IMG/VR virus record: IMGVR_UViG_3300035018_000010
Location: 1-36,670 of that record
DNA length: 36,670 nucleotides
Strand: one strand, 5' to 3'
Source of the DNA: a virus
Taxonomy: Duplodnaviria; Caudoviricetes
The translations under genes were made by a program, and so were the position numbers. Below the pieces are notes generated by a model that searched no databases, was not told the origin of the DNA, and saw nothing but the letters and a program-made list of their open reading frames with translations. Positions 1 through 8,372 of this stretch are shown in pieces; position 1 is the first letter of the stretch; each line of letters starts with the position of its first letter.

Positions 1-1428
1 CTACCGGGCCGCGCGGATCGTGGCCAGTTCGATCAGCTTGGTATCGCGCTGGTATCGCAAATGCGCATCGGTGTGCTCGCCGACAGCAGCCCAGAATGCC
101 TCGGTGGAGGCGATGAACTCACGCAAATATTCGGGCCGCAGGTGGGTGTAGTTCGCGCCGGTGCCTGCCTCGCTATGGCCTGCGGCCGCGTCGATCTGGC
201 CGTCGGGAACGCCGTAGCGCTTGTGCCAGGTGTGAATTGTGTGGCGCAGGGTGTTGGGCGTGCCGATCGCCTTGAGCTTGGGTCGAGGCTCGGTCTCGCC
301 GAGCTTGCGCCGGGGAGGGAGCCAGACCGGTTCGCCGGTTGCGTCGATCACCTGCGCGGCGAAGCCGAGATCGGGGCGCAGCTCGTGCGCGGCGAGCAGG
401 ACGCCGGCGAAGCCGTTGCCGATGTCGCTGGTCGGCCGCTCGAACCATTCCTCGCCGCCGGCGGCGCGGGTCTTGGCGGATGTCGGGACGCGATAGCGGA
501 TGACCTTGCCCTCGATCCCTTCAAGCCAAGGGGCGAGTGTCGGGCAGATCGGGACGATCGCGCGGCGCTTGCGCGTCTGATCCTCGCCGGGGCGCAGGAA
601 GTGGATCAGCCCGCCCTTGATCTGGGTGTCTGCATCCAGCTCCAGCGTCGCCTCGGCCCGCGCATGGGTCGAAAGCATAATCATGATGAACAGATGGACG
701 TGCGCGCGATCGGGAACAGCGCGCGCTGCATCGAGGATGATGGAAACCTGCTCCGGGTTCCATTCGAGTTCCTTGGGCCGCTTGCGCCCTTTGACGTCGC
801 GGATCCGGGGCGCGGAGGTCAGCCGCCCGATTTCGGGGCGCAAGCCCCAATTGATCGGCCCGCGCAGGGCGGCGAGGTCGCGGGAGATCGTGGGCGGCGA
901 TGCGCCGCCAGCGGCTCGCCATGCGATGAACCCTTCGACCAAGCCGTTGGTCACCGTCGAGACGGTGAACGGCTCGGGGAGCAGGCGCTCGCGCTCCAGC
1001 TTCGACCAATAGGTTTCCAGCACGTCGGTCGAATCGAGATAGCGCTCGGGTGCTTCAAGGTTGGCGACGTGCTCTTCAAGCCATGCTGCGGTGAGATCGG
1101 CGAGCAGTACCTCGCCGGGGGGCAGCGGGCCGCTGGGGGCGATGGCCTCTGCCTTTGCGCGCCATGCCGTCCAGTGGTCGATCAGCGCTTCTTTTGCCGC
1201 TTCTGGCGGATCTCGGTGGTCACCGCCGATACCCGTCGCCGCGCGCCGCGTGACGCGGCCGTCGAGCCAGCAAATGTTCCAGTCGTCGCGGTCGCGGCGA
1301 TACCAGAGCCAGAAGGGACCAAGCTCGAATCGCGCGGGGGCAGCGCCGGCGGTGCCGGTTGCGGCGGCTCTGGATCTGCGACGCCCTGTTGCCACGAAGC
1401 CTGAAATTCCTCCGATTCGATCGCGCAC
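1..1428 (-). CDS. int: Tyrosine recombinase / phage integrase
   Basis: Catalytic motifs ARAEATLEL (R), NTLRHT (HxxR with H->N), AGHS, ANYTH (Y); SAM-like core 'SPPTISRDLAALR'. True start may be the in-frame GTG at 1395, downstream of GGAGG. Confidence 0.92.
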   Translation of the reverse strand: MRDRIGGISGFVATGRRRSRAAATGTAGAAPARFELGPFWLWYRRDRDDWNICWLDGRVTRRAATGIGGDHRDPPEAAKEALIDHWTAWRAKAEAIAPSGPLPPGEVLLADLTAAWLEEHVANLEAPERYLDSTDVLETYWSKLERERLLPEPFTVSTVTNGLVEGFIAWRAAGGASPPTISRDLAALRGPINWGLRPEIGRLTSAPRIRDVKGRKRPKELEWNPEQVSIILDAARAVPDRAHVHLFIMIMLSTHARAEATLELDADTQIKGGLIHFLRPGEDQTRKRRAIVPICPTLAPWLEGIEGKVIRYRVPTSAKTRAAGGEEWFERPTSDIGNGFAGVLLAAHELRPDLGFAAQVIDATGEPVWLPPRRKLGETEPRPKLKAIGTPNTLRHTIHTWHKRYGVPDGQIDAAAGHSEAGTGANYTHLRPEYLREFIASTEAFWAAVGEHTDAHLRYQRDTKLIELATIRAAR

Positions 1429-1556
1429 AGCACGGCATAGATGCGCGAATCCAACAATGCACGAACGAGGTGCGGCTCAAGGTGCAGCCGCTCATCGTTG
1501 CGCGCGGCGCGGCGGATGCGTCTGAGCAGTTCAGAGATCGGGGCTTCATCCATCAC
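1182..1556 (-). CDS. Hypothetical protein overlapping integrase 5' end (excisionase-position ORF)
   Basis: Start overlaps the methylase stop; ordered helical N-half, low-complexity basic tail in the int overlap. Confidence 0.6.
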   Translation of the reverse strand: MMDEAPISELLRRIRRAARNDERLHLEPHLVRALLDSRIYAVLCAIESEEFQASWQQGVADPEPPQPAPPALPPRDSSLVPSGSGIAATATTGTFAGSTAASRGARRRVSAVTTEIRQKRQKKR

Positions 1557-2248
1557 GCGGCCTCAGGGCGCTCCAGCTCAGCGACGGCAGCGGTGATGCG
1601 GCGGACGGCGGTTTCGAAGTGGGCGGGGTTGTGCTCGATCCCGGTGAAGCGCTTGCCCGCGCGGATCGCGGCGACGCCGGTGCTGCCCGTGCCCATGAAG
1701 GGATCGCAGACCCGCTCCCCGCGCACGTTTGTGAGGATCTTCGTCATCAGGGCGTCGGGCTTGGTGGTGCCGTGGCCGAAGCGCGCGTCGCCGCGCGGCG
1801 GGGTGATGCGGCTGACGCGCAGCAGCTCGGCGAGATTGCCCGCCGGGTGATAGTCGCGGTTCCAGGCATGGACGTAGAATTCGACGTCGGGGCGATAGTG
1901 CTTGTTCGCCACCGGTTGCGGGTTCGTCTTTTGCCACACGCATAGGGCGTGGCGGTGGAACTGGCCCTGCACGCGGCCGAGCAACTCGGCGAGCTGGTCG
2001 GTGTGGGCGAAGACGATCGCCGCGCCGCACAGGATCGGGTTGACGATCGCCATGTCGAATCCCGCGTGCAGCTGCTCCGACACGATCTGGTCGAACATCG
2101 GGCGTTTCTTGCGATAGCGCCCGCCGCCGGTGGCGCGGAACTTATAGGGCGGATCGAGCACGTCGGCGTCGTGGAAGCCGAGCGCGGGGCGCAGGGTGTA
2201 GGCGTCGCCCAGGTGGAGGGTGGCGGGGCCGATGCGGACAATGGTCAT
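1553..2248 (-). CDS. Orphan N6-adenine/N4-cytosine DNA methyltransferase (beta class)
   Basis: LHLGDA, DPPY (motif IV) precedes DPFMGTGSTG (motif I), HGTTKP; ATG at 2248 overlaps upstream stop (ATGA). Confidence 0.9.
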   Translation of the reverse strand: MTIVRIGPATLHLGDAYTLRPALGFHDADVLDPPYKFRATGGGRYRKKRPMFDQIVSEQLHAGFDMAIVNPILCGAAIVFAHTDQLAELLGRVQGQFHRHALCVWQKTNPQPVANKHYRPDVEFYVHAWNRDYHPAGNLAELLRVSRITPPRGDARFGHGTTKPDALMTKILTNVRGERVCDPFMGTGSTGVAAIRAGKRFTGIEHNPAHFETAVRRITAAVAELERPEAA

Positions 2249-2547
2249 GCGACACGAGACCGGAAAACGCCGATCGAATTGGCATGGACCGCGATCTGTT
2301 GACGAGTGCGGTGTGGAATGAGCGGTGCGACGGCGGCGGAGCCGCCGCGCGGATAGTGGCGGCGAATCATCTGCTCCTCCGCCGCAGTCCAGTTTCGATT
2401 GCGCCGCAAATCCAGCTTCGTCGCTCTGGCCTTGATGGCATCCTCCGTCCGCCCGGGCAGTAGCGCGCACAGCGCGGCCGCGCTGTCGGATGCGAATTTT
2501 TCGCGCAGGATTGCGATCTCTGCTTCGGTCCAGGGGGCCGCGCTCAC
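2245..2547 (-). CDS. Two-repeat Myb/SANT-like HTH protein
   Basis: Repeats WTEAEIAILR..LPGRTEDAIKARA and WTAAEEQMIR..IPHRTRQQIAVHA; coupled at both ends. Confidence 0.75.
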   Translation of the reverse strand: MSAAPWTEAEIAILREKFASDSAAALCALLPGRTEDAIKARATKLDLRRNRNWTAAEEQMIRRHYPRGGSAAVAPLIPHRTRQQIAVHANSIGVFRSRVA

Positions 2548-2777
2548 GAACGGTTCCTCCGAAAGGTGATCGCCATCATGCCGCGATCGTCGCGGGTGAG
2601 GGCGACCGTCACCCCGTCCTTCGGATCGAAGTCGGCGAGGTTGATCGGACCACTGTTCCCCGCGTCACGGGCAGCGCGGAGCAGATCTTCGATCGCCATC
2701 TGCAATGAGGGGAGGGTGTGGACCTGGTGCGAGCGCAGGATCTGCGAAGGCCCCTCTAGGGGGAGAGCGTCGGTCAT
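2544..2777 (-). CDS. Hypothetical protein (77 aa)
   Basis: 4-nt stop/start overlaps with both neighbours. Confidence 0.65.
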   Translation of the reverse strand: MTDALPLEGPSQILRSHQVHTLPSLQMAIEDLLRAARDAGNSGPINLADFDPKDGVTVALTRDDRGMMAITFRRNRS

Positions 2778-3055
2778 TTTCCGGGCACCGCCGCATATCC
2801 GCAGGCGACCAAGCCCTTGGCGACCAAGTTCCAGACATGCTCGCGCAGGCGGGGATGACCGAGTACCTTTGCCTCGCGCTGCACGGTGTTGTTGATCAGC
2901 GCTCTATCGAGCGCCTCTTCCGACCGTCCGCGAAGCGAGCGAATGCGATAGTCACAGCGCTCGTTGGTGCCGCCGATGTTGTCGATAGTCATCCGGGCCA
3001 GCTCAGTTCGCTGACCCGTGACGGCCGACCAAAGTTCAACACGAACGATGATCAT
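2774..3055 (-). CDS. Hypothetical phage protein (93 aa)
   Basis: ATGA overlaps at both ends; globular alpha/beta-looking sequence. Confidence 0.7.
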   Translation of the reverse strand: MIIVRVELWSAVTGQRTELARMTIDNIGGTNERCDYRIRSLRGRSEEALDRALINNTVQREAKVLGHPRLREHVWNLVAKGLVACGYAAVPGK

Positions 3056-3651
3056 ACGGAGTGCTCCCGCCTAGCGGTTTCATAAGCGTCGTTGAGGCGA
3101 TCCCATCCCGCGCGGTTGCCGCCGGCGTCGGGGTGCTCTGTCTTGGCGAGTCGACGATAAGCGGCGGTGATCGCATCGATTGGCGCGCCGGGGGTGAGGC
3201 CGAGAACGGTCCACCACGGATCCGGCGCGGGGAGGGCAACGTGGCCGGCGAAGGCCTGTTTCAGGTCGGCGACGCCCCAGCGCTCCTGTCCGCGCAGCGC
3301 CTCAATATGCGCGGCGATGGCCGCGATGTTGTCGGCGACCCGATCCCATCGATCGCAGGCAAGAACGTGCGGGCGATCGTGCAGGTCGAAATAGAGCGCA
3401 ACGCCCTTGTCGGTCGGCTCCCCGCGCGAGAGGCTCATGTCGCGGCGGCCGCTGATCGTCAGGCGAATATTCATCGACAGGATGACGTTCCCGGCACCGA
3501 GCCGGGTGATCTGATCCTCCAGCCGGTCGCGGGCGACGTCGAGCGACACCCGCTTGCCGCCGATGTTGCCGTCACGGAACTTAGCGTCGGCAGGATAGCG
3601 GGTGCGGGCGCGGCCCTGCGGCCAGGTGAGCGGGAAGGCGGAGGCGCTCAT
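3052..3651 (-). CDS. Phage protein with C-terminal DnaJ-type J-domain
   Basis: C-terminal WWTVLGL..ITAAYRRLAKTEHPDAGG..LNDAYE with intact HPD; N-terminal FPLTWPQG..CDRWDRVADNIAAIA domain. Confidence 0.85.
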   Translation of the reverse strand: MSASAFPLTWPQGRARTRYPADAKFRDGNIGGKRVSLDVARDRLEDQITRLGAGNVILSMNIRLTISGRRDMSLSRGEPTDKGVALYFDLHDRPHVLACDRWDRVADNIAAIAAHIEALRGQERWGVADLKQAFAGHVALPAPDPWWTVLGLTPGAPIDAITAAYRRLAKTEHPDAGGNRAGWDRLNDAYETARREHSV

Positions 3652-4007
3652 GCGTCACCGCCCGCGCCGTAGAGGGCGTCGAAACGGGGCTTGTTCTTCA
3701 GGCGCCAAGCCCGCGCATAGGCGAGGCCGCGCAGGCGCTCTTCGGATTGCGAGCCGCGACGGACATAGGCGGTGCCGGGACCAGTTGCCGCCTCGGCGGG
3801 GACGAAGCCGCGGATCTTGAGGATTGCCGAGATGGCGCGCGGGGACGCACCCGCGCGATCGGCCTCGGCGACGCCGGCGGCTTCCATGTTGGCGCGAGTT
3901 GCCGCCGCCGCTTCCTCGACCGTGCAAAGGCTGCGCGAGCCGAGCCAGGGCATCAGGTGGGTGTGGGCCAGTTCGAGCTGGTCGGGGTTGAGCAGTTCCT
4001 TCGTCAC
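3648..4007 (-). CDS. Hypothetical protein (possible winged-helix)
   Basis: GTG start at 4007 overlaps upstream TGA and is preceded by AAGGAG. Confidence 0.6.
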   Translation of the reverse strand: MTKELLNPDQLELAHTHLMPWLGSRSLCTVEEAAAATRANMEAAGVAEADRAGASPRAISAILKIRGFVPAEAATGPGTAYVRRGSQSEERLRGLAYARAWRLKNKPRFDALYGAGGDA

Positions 4008-4276
4008 ATTTCGCTCCTTTCGCCGAGCATGCGCGCCTGCAGTTCGTAGGCGCGTTGGGGTGATGTCGTGGGCCGAGCCGGGGCGGCGCGGCCGAGATTG
4101 AGGAGTTCGCTCGCGCGGCGACATGCGTCGCGCCAGTCGGGCCAGCGGCGCTGGCGGTAGGCTTCTGTGATCGCGACGCGCAGCTCGCCGGTCAGGCGAC
4201 CGTAGCAACGGCCGCACAGGCGCTGGTTGCGGCGGCGGGTGTGCGTGCAGCCGTGGACATCGCAGGTGCTAGGCAT
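4004..4276 (-). CDS. Hypothetical protein with Cys zinc-finger-like N-terminus
   Basis: C-x4-C...C-x2-C (CDVHGC...LCGRC); GGAGG upstream of ATG 4276. Confidence 0.65.
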   Translation of the reverse strand: MPSTCDVHGCTHTRRRNQRLCGRCYGRLTGELRVAITEAYRQRRWPDWRDACRRASELLNLGRAAPARPTTSPQRAYELQARMLGERSEM

Positions 4277-4460
4277 GGGTCGGCCTCCCTCGTTCGCCGG
4301 GGCGGCGCAGGCCGAGTTCGGCGGCTTTGACGTAGATCGAGCGGATGGTGCGGTGCGGAAGCCCTTTGCCCGCACGCTTTGCGCCGCCTGCCCGATATTC
4401 GCGATCGAGCAAGGTCAGCTCGGAGCGCATCCACGGCTTTTTGGTCATGGTCGATCGCAT
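4269..4460 (-). CDS. Single-repeat Myb/SANT-like HTH protein
   Basis: PWMRSELTLL..LPHRTIRSIYVKAAELGL, similar to the repeats of 2245..2547; TGATG overlap at 4460. Confidence 0.65.
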   Translation of the reverse strand: MRSTMTKKPWMRSELTLLDREYRAGGAKRAGKGLPHRTIRSIYVKAAELGLRRPGERGRPTHA

Positions 4461-4588
4461 CAGCGCCGCCCTCCCGCCGCGCCGAACAGCGCGACGATGA
4501 TGAACGGGATTGCGACGATCGCGGCGAGGCCGACGAATGCGATCTGGGCGAGGCGACGCCAGCGGCGGGGGGTGACAGGCGCGGCCAT
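4460..4588 (-). CDS. Small membrane protein (42 aa; not in ORF track)
   Basis: MAAPVTPRRWRRLAQIAFVGLAAIVAIPFIIVALFGAAGGRR; TGATG overlaps at both ends; one TM helix. Confidence 0.6.
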   Translation of the reverse strand: MAAPVTPRRWRRLAQIAFVGLAAIVAIPFIIVALFGAAGGRR

Positions 4589-4953
4589 CACAGCATCCCC
4601 AAGGCGGAGCGATAGGTTTCGATGATCGCTTCCTCTTCGTCGAGGACGTGCTTTTCCTTCTGGCGGAGGGTCAGGATCGCGCGGAGACCTTTGGCGTCGT
4701 AACCCCGCGCCTTTGCCTCGCCGAACACGTCGCGCTCATCGTCGGCAATCGCCCGCTTCTCTTCGCGGATCCGCTCGATCCGCTCGATCAGGAGCCGCAG
4801 CTCTTCGGCCGCGTTGTCGCCGTTGGTGACGATCGGGTCCGGCACCACGGGCTTCTTGCGGCCACGCTTCGTGGGCACGGCTGTGATCGGGGCGGGGACG
4901 TGCCGCATGGTGCCGTCCGCGCCGCGCTGCATGCGCATCGTCATCGCGTTCAT
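4588..4953 (-). CDS. gapR: GapR-like (DUF2312) nucleoid-associated DNA-binding protein
   Basis: ELRLLIERIERIREEKRAIADDERDVFGEAKARGYDAKGLRAILTLR..EEEAIIETYRSALGM is the DUF2312 signature; ATGA start at 4953. Confidence 0.9.
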   Translation of the reverse strand: MNAMTMRMQRGADGTMRHVPAPITAVPTKRGRKKPVVPDPIVTNGDNAAEELRLLIERIERIREEKRAIADDERDVFGEAKARGYDAKGLRAILTLRQKEKHVLDEEEAIIETYRSALGML

Positions 4954-5084
4954 GGGATCATCGCTCCCGCGAGGTAGAAGGTCGCGACCAGCGCGACGGC
5001 GAGCCAGCGGCGGGCAGTGCGCGCCCGCTCCTCCCGCTTTGCGCAGTCGTTGCACGAGCAGCCCTGCAGGGCAGGGGCGATCAC
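4950..5084 (-). CDS. Small membrane protein with CxCxxC (44 aa)
   Basis: GTG start overlaps upstream stop; GCSCNDC followed by a hydrophobic C-terminal helix. Confidence 0.5.
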   Translation of the reverse strand: MIAPALQGCSCNDCAKREERARTARRWLAVALVATFYLAGAMIP

Positions 5085-5545
5085 AGGTGGTCTCCACCGC
5101 TGCAGCGGGTGCAGAGGTCCGCGCTGGCCCAGGCACAGGCACCATCGGCACCACGGTCGCATGGATCCCACTGGCTGCATCCGCAGCCGCGACAGACCGC
5201 CGGGTGACGATCGGCGGGTTCGTGCGCGAGCTGGTAGTAAACGTTGGGATCAAGCGGGAAGGCGATGGCGAGCAGGTCGATCGTCGTGACTTGGCGGGCG
5301 AGGACGCCGGGGGTTTCGAGTTGGCGGATCAGCGCGCGCGCCTCGGCGAGACGTTCCGATCGCGGCACGAAGCGCGGGGGCGTCACATTCTCGACGATCA
5401 GCACGGCGGCATCTTCGACCGAAACTCGCGCGGCGCGACGGCGCAGGGCCAGATATGCCTGCGGCGTCAGCGGATCGAGCGCGCTCGGTTGGGCGGGGGG
5501 CACAGGGCGCGGAACGGCGCGACCGAAACTCGGGGTATGCAGCAT
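5081..5545 (-). CDS. HTH-like protein with C-terminal Cys-rich zinc finger
   Basis: YLALRRRAARVSVEDAA (XRE-like start); CRGCGCSQWDPC..CAW..LCTRC; TGATG overlap with primase stop. Confidence 0.7.
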   Translation of the reverse strand: MLHTPSFGRAVPRPVPPAQPSALDPLTPQAYLALRRRAARVSVEDAAVLIVENVTPPRFVPRSERLAEARALIRQLETPGVLARQVTTIDLLAIAFPLDPNVYYQLAHEPADRHPAVCRGCGCSQWDPCDRGADGACAWASADLCTRCSGGDHL

Positions 5546-8268
5546 CAGCTGGTTCCTTTCTTCACGGTGTCGGAGTCGGGGTTGCGGAAGACCCAGCAAT
5601 CGACGGTCTTGCCGGCGGCGCGGGAGTTGACGGCCTTCACCTCGATGAAGCGGCGGGCCTTGGAGGTCTTGAGCAGGCGCTTCAGCTCCTGATTGGTGCA
5701 GGGCATGCGCAGGCCGTTGGCGGAGCAGCGCGCCTCGAACTGGACGAGGCTGATCGCCAGCACGTCGGACGTGCGGGAATGGTTGATCGGGTGTTCGGGG
5801 GCGAGCTGGCCCGCGTCCTGGGCGTTGAAGTGGTCGAACCGCTCCCAGAACAGGATGACGTGGGGGTGATCCTGCTCGGTCACCCGGTGCCGCTCGGCCA
5901 GCATGTCGAGGATCAGCCCGTGGGCGTCGGCGACGTCGTGATCGGACAGGTTGGTCACCACGAGCCGCAGCGCGTCGAGCATCGCCGCCAGCTGGGCGTG
6001 GTTCTTGGCGAAGCGATAATCGCCGCAGCCGGGGTGCTTGAGCATCTTCGCTTCATGGTGAGCGAACGCCTCGGCATAGCGGGCGAGGATCGCCTCTTCG
6101 CGGCGCGCGATATGGATGGGGAAGCCCGACAGATCCTTCACGTCGGCGGTCTTGAGCGCTTCGCCTGCGGCCTTGCCCTGGGGCGAGAAGCGGCCCTTGT
6201 CGAAGTGCAGCCCCATGATGCGCTCGGTCACCGCCGGCGAGCCTTCGACCGTGGCGTTCTGGGCAATGACGATCGCGCCACGGAAGGGCGGCTCGAACGT
6301 TTCCATGCCGCCGTTCGCGATGGCGCGGGTGCGGACGGCGCGACCGTTATAGGCGGTCTTCAGCTCGTCCCATTCGAAGCGCTTCGCGTGCGGCGTGTCC
6401 TGCCCACGGTCGCCTTCGATCAGCACGACGGGGAGGTTGCCGACCTGTCCCAAGGTGCGCGAGATACCCGCGTTGGTGCCTTTGGTCGGGTCGAACCCTT
6501 CATAGGAAACGCGGCCGAGCAGCTTCCACAGGAACTCCAGCAGCGTGGTCTTGCCGCTGCCCGGAGGGCCGGTCATCTCAAGGAAGCCGAGGCTTTCCTG
6601 TTTCGCGCGGATCTGTTCGGCAAAGAGCGCCAGTACCCAAAAGGCGAGCACCACAAGCCCCTTGGGGCCGTAGGCGGTGATCAGCGGGCGGGTCCAATCG
6701 AGGTTGAGCTTCTCGGGGTCGTAGGCGATGCGCAGCATCCGCTCCGACGTGCGCAGCTTCACCGACCGCTTGCCGAGGACGAAATAATCCTCGTCGTTCG
6801 CCTCATAGACGCGGCCCTTGTGAACCGCGATGTCGCCGAGGATCCACGCCTCGTGGTCGATCGAATAGCCGGTGAACTGGATTGCCTCGACCACCTGAAT
6901 GTTCGCCCATTGGCGCTGCATCAGGCGGACGATCTGGAACTGATTCCCGGTCCACAGCGCGCCGGGGGCGACCGAGGCGAGCCGCTTCATGAAGTCGCCG
7001 GATCCGGCGCAGGCCGCGCCGGAGAAGGTCGCCTTCACGCTGGCGCGGTCGGACGGGAAATCGACGCGGAGGAAGTATGCGCCTTCCTCAAGGTTCGGAT
7101 CCCGCTGATAATAGAGGGTGCGGAAGGTGCAGTTTGCGACCTCTTCGATCTCGACCGCGCGCTCGGCCGCGCGCTGCCATTGCTGGGTGAAGGGGAGCGC
7201 CTTGAAGTCCTCGAACTCAGGCTCGTCGCTTTCCAGCATCGCCTGCAGCTCGGTCTGGATGCGGTCGATCGAGAAGTTCGCCCACAGCTGGCGACCGCCG
7301 AATGTGATCGGGAAGTTCGCGAATTTCTCGCGTTCGTAGATCAGCAGCGCCTTGGCGGTCGCGGTCGGCGCGATCGTCACCTCGCCATTCCAGCGATAGG
7401 TGGCCAGATCCTCGGGCTTCAGCTTGTCGCGCTGGCCAAGATCGTTCCAATCGAGCTTGTCGCCCTCGCCATCGGGGCGCACCTGGGCGGCACCGGAGCG
7501 CCAGCCCTCGGCGGTGGCGCGCTCGTGGAACTTGCGCGTGAAGTGTACGCCGGCGCGACCGACGTCGAAGGCCCAGATCAGGCGCGGCCCGGCGAGGTTT
7601 TGGGCACCACACACCCGCCGCAAATCGGCGAGGAAGTGCTCGGGATAGACGTTGCAGGTCAGCGTGGAGACGGCGCTGACCTTGCCCTTTTGAACCAGGT
7701 CGATCGTGTCGAAGATGCCTTCGGCAAGCCAAAGTTCATCTGCGCGGGCCAGATCTTCGAGCGTGACGCCGGGGTACATCCAGCAATGGCCGCGATAACT
7801 GGAGCCGTAGGAGAAGGTCGCCTTCTTTTTCCCGAACCGGCCAGGCTGATCGATTAGCCGCTGCCAGTGTCCGCCGCCGGGGATCGGGAAGCGCACCGCC
7901 GCCGAGACGATGCCAAGCTCCGGGTCGCGATACCATTCCTGCGTATAGGATCCGCGCAGGCGCATGAGGTCGAAGCCCCGCGCGGCGGCGAGATAGGCGT
8001 CGGCGGCGGCGTGTGGGTTTTCCGGGGTCTGTTTGTGCCGCTTCGACCAGTTGTCGAAGATGTCGGGGTAGAGTTCCTTAACGTGCTTCTCGATGCCGCA
8101 GCGGTTCACGCGGCCGCATTTGACCACCCAGGGCGCATCGGCGCGGGCATAGGCTTCGCGCTTCCCGCAGGCGTCGCACTTGCCCTCCTGGAGCCACGCG
8201 CCTTTGGCCTTGAACTTGTAATCGTTCTGCAGGCGCTTCAGCACTTCTGTGAGCAGATCGTCGCGCAT
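5545..8268 (-). CDS. Zn-finger/TOPRIM/P-loop primase-helicase replication protein (P4 alpha-like architecture)
   Basis: CDACGK..CGRVNRC zinc finger, WLAEGIFD / WAFD / DWND TOPRIM motifs, Walker A GPPGSGKT, Walker B VVLIEGD. Confidence 0.88.
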   Translation of the reverse strand: MRDDLLTEVLKRLQNDYKFKAKGAWLQEGKCDACGKREAYARADAPWVVKCGRVNRCGIEKHVKELYPDIFDNWSKRHKQTPENPHAAADAYLAAARGFDLMRLRGSYTQEWYRDPELGIVSAAVRFPIPGGGHWQRLIDQPGRFGKKKATFSYGSSYRGHCWMYPGVTLEDLARADELWLAEGIFDTIDLVQKGKVSAVSTLTCNVYPEHFLADLRRVCGAQNLAGPRLIWAFDVGRAGVHFTRKFHERATAEGWRSGAAQVRPDGEGDKLDWNDLGQRDKLKPEDLATYRWNGEVTIAPTATAKALLIYEREKFANFPITFGGRQLWANFSIDRIQTELQAMLESDEPEFEDFKALPFTQQWQRAAERAVEIEEVANCTFRTLYYQRDPNLEEGAYFLRVDFPSDRASVKATFSGAACAGSGDFMKRLASVAPGALWTGNQFQIVRLMQRQWANIQVVEAIQFTGYSIDHEAWILGDIAVHKGRVYEANDEDYFVLGKRSVKLRTSERMLRIAYDPEKLNLDWTRPLITAYGPKGLVVLAFWVLALFAEQIRAKQESLGFLEMTGPPGSGKTTLLEFLWKLLGRVSYEGFDPTKGTNAGISRTLGQVGNLPVVLIEGDRGQDTPHAKRFEWDELKTAYNGRAVRTRAIANGGMETFEPPFRGAIVIAQNATVEGSPAVTERIMGLHFDKGRFSPQGKAAGEALKTADVKDLSGFPIHIARREEAILARYAEAFAHHEAKMLKHPGCGDYRFAKNHAQLAAMLDALRLVVTNLSDHDVADAHGLILDMLAERHRVTEQDHPHVILFWERFDHFNAQDAGQLAPEHPINHSRTSDVLAISLVQFEARCSANGLRMPCTNQELKRLLKTSKARRFIEVKAVNSRAAGKTVDCWVFRNPDSDTVKKGTS

Positions 8269-8372
8269 CGGGAGTGTCGGTTCTTTCGGGCAAGCGGAGG
8301 GCGTTCCCGGAAGCGCAGGGCGACCGGGGGGATTGTGCAGTCAGGTGCGCCGTCATCGGCGCGGGGTTGGGA

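Noticed and set aside
1553-2248. Methylase as part of a restriction-modification or defence system
   Set aside because: No nuclease-like neighbour; it is embedded in the phage early operon
5455-7857. 800-aa plus-strand ORF, and similar long ORFs at 61-1404, 11887-13074, 30600-31835
   Set aside because: Antisense shadows of well-supported genes in high-GC DNA; no motifs or RBS
8078-8356. 92-aa ORF between ogr and primase
   Set aside because: Mostly out-of-frame overlap with the primase start; no coding signal
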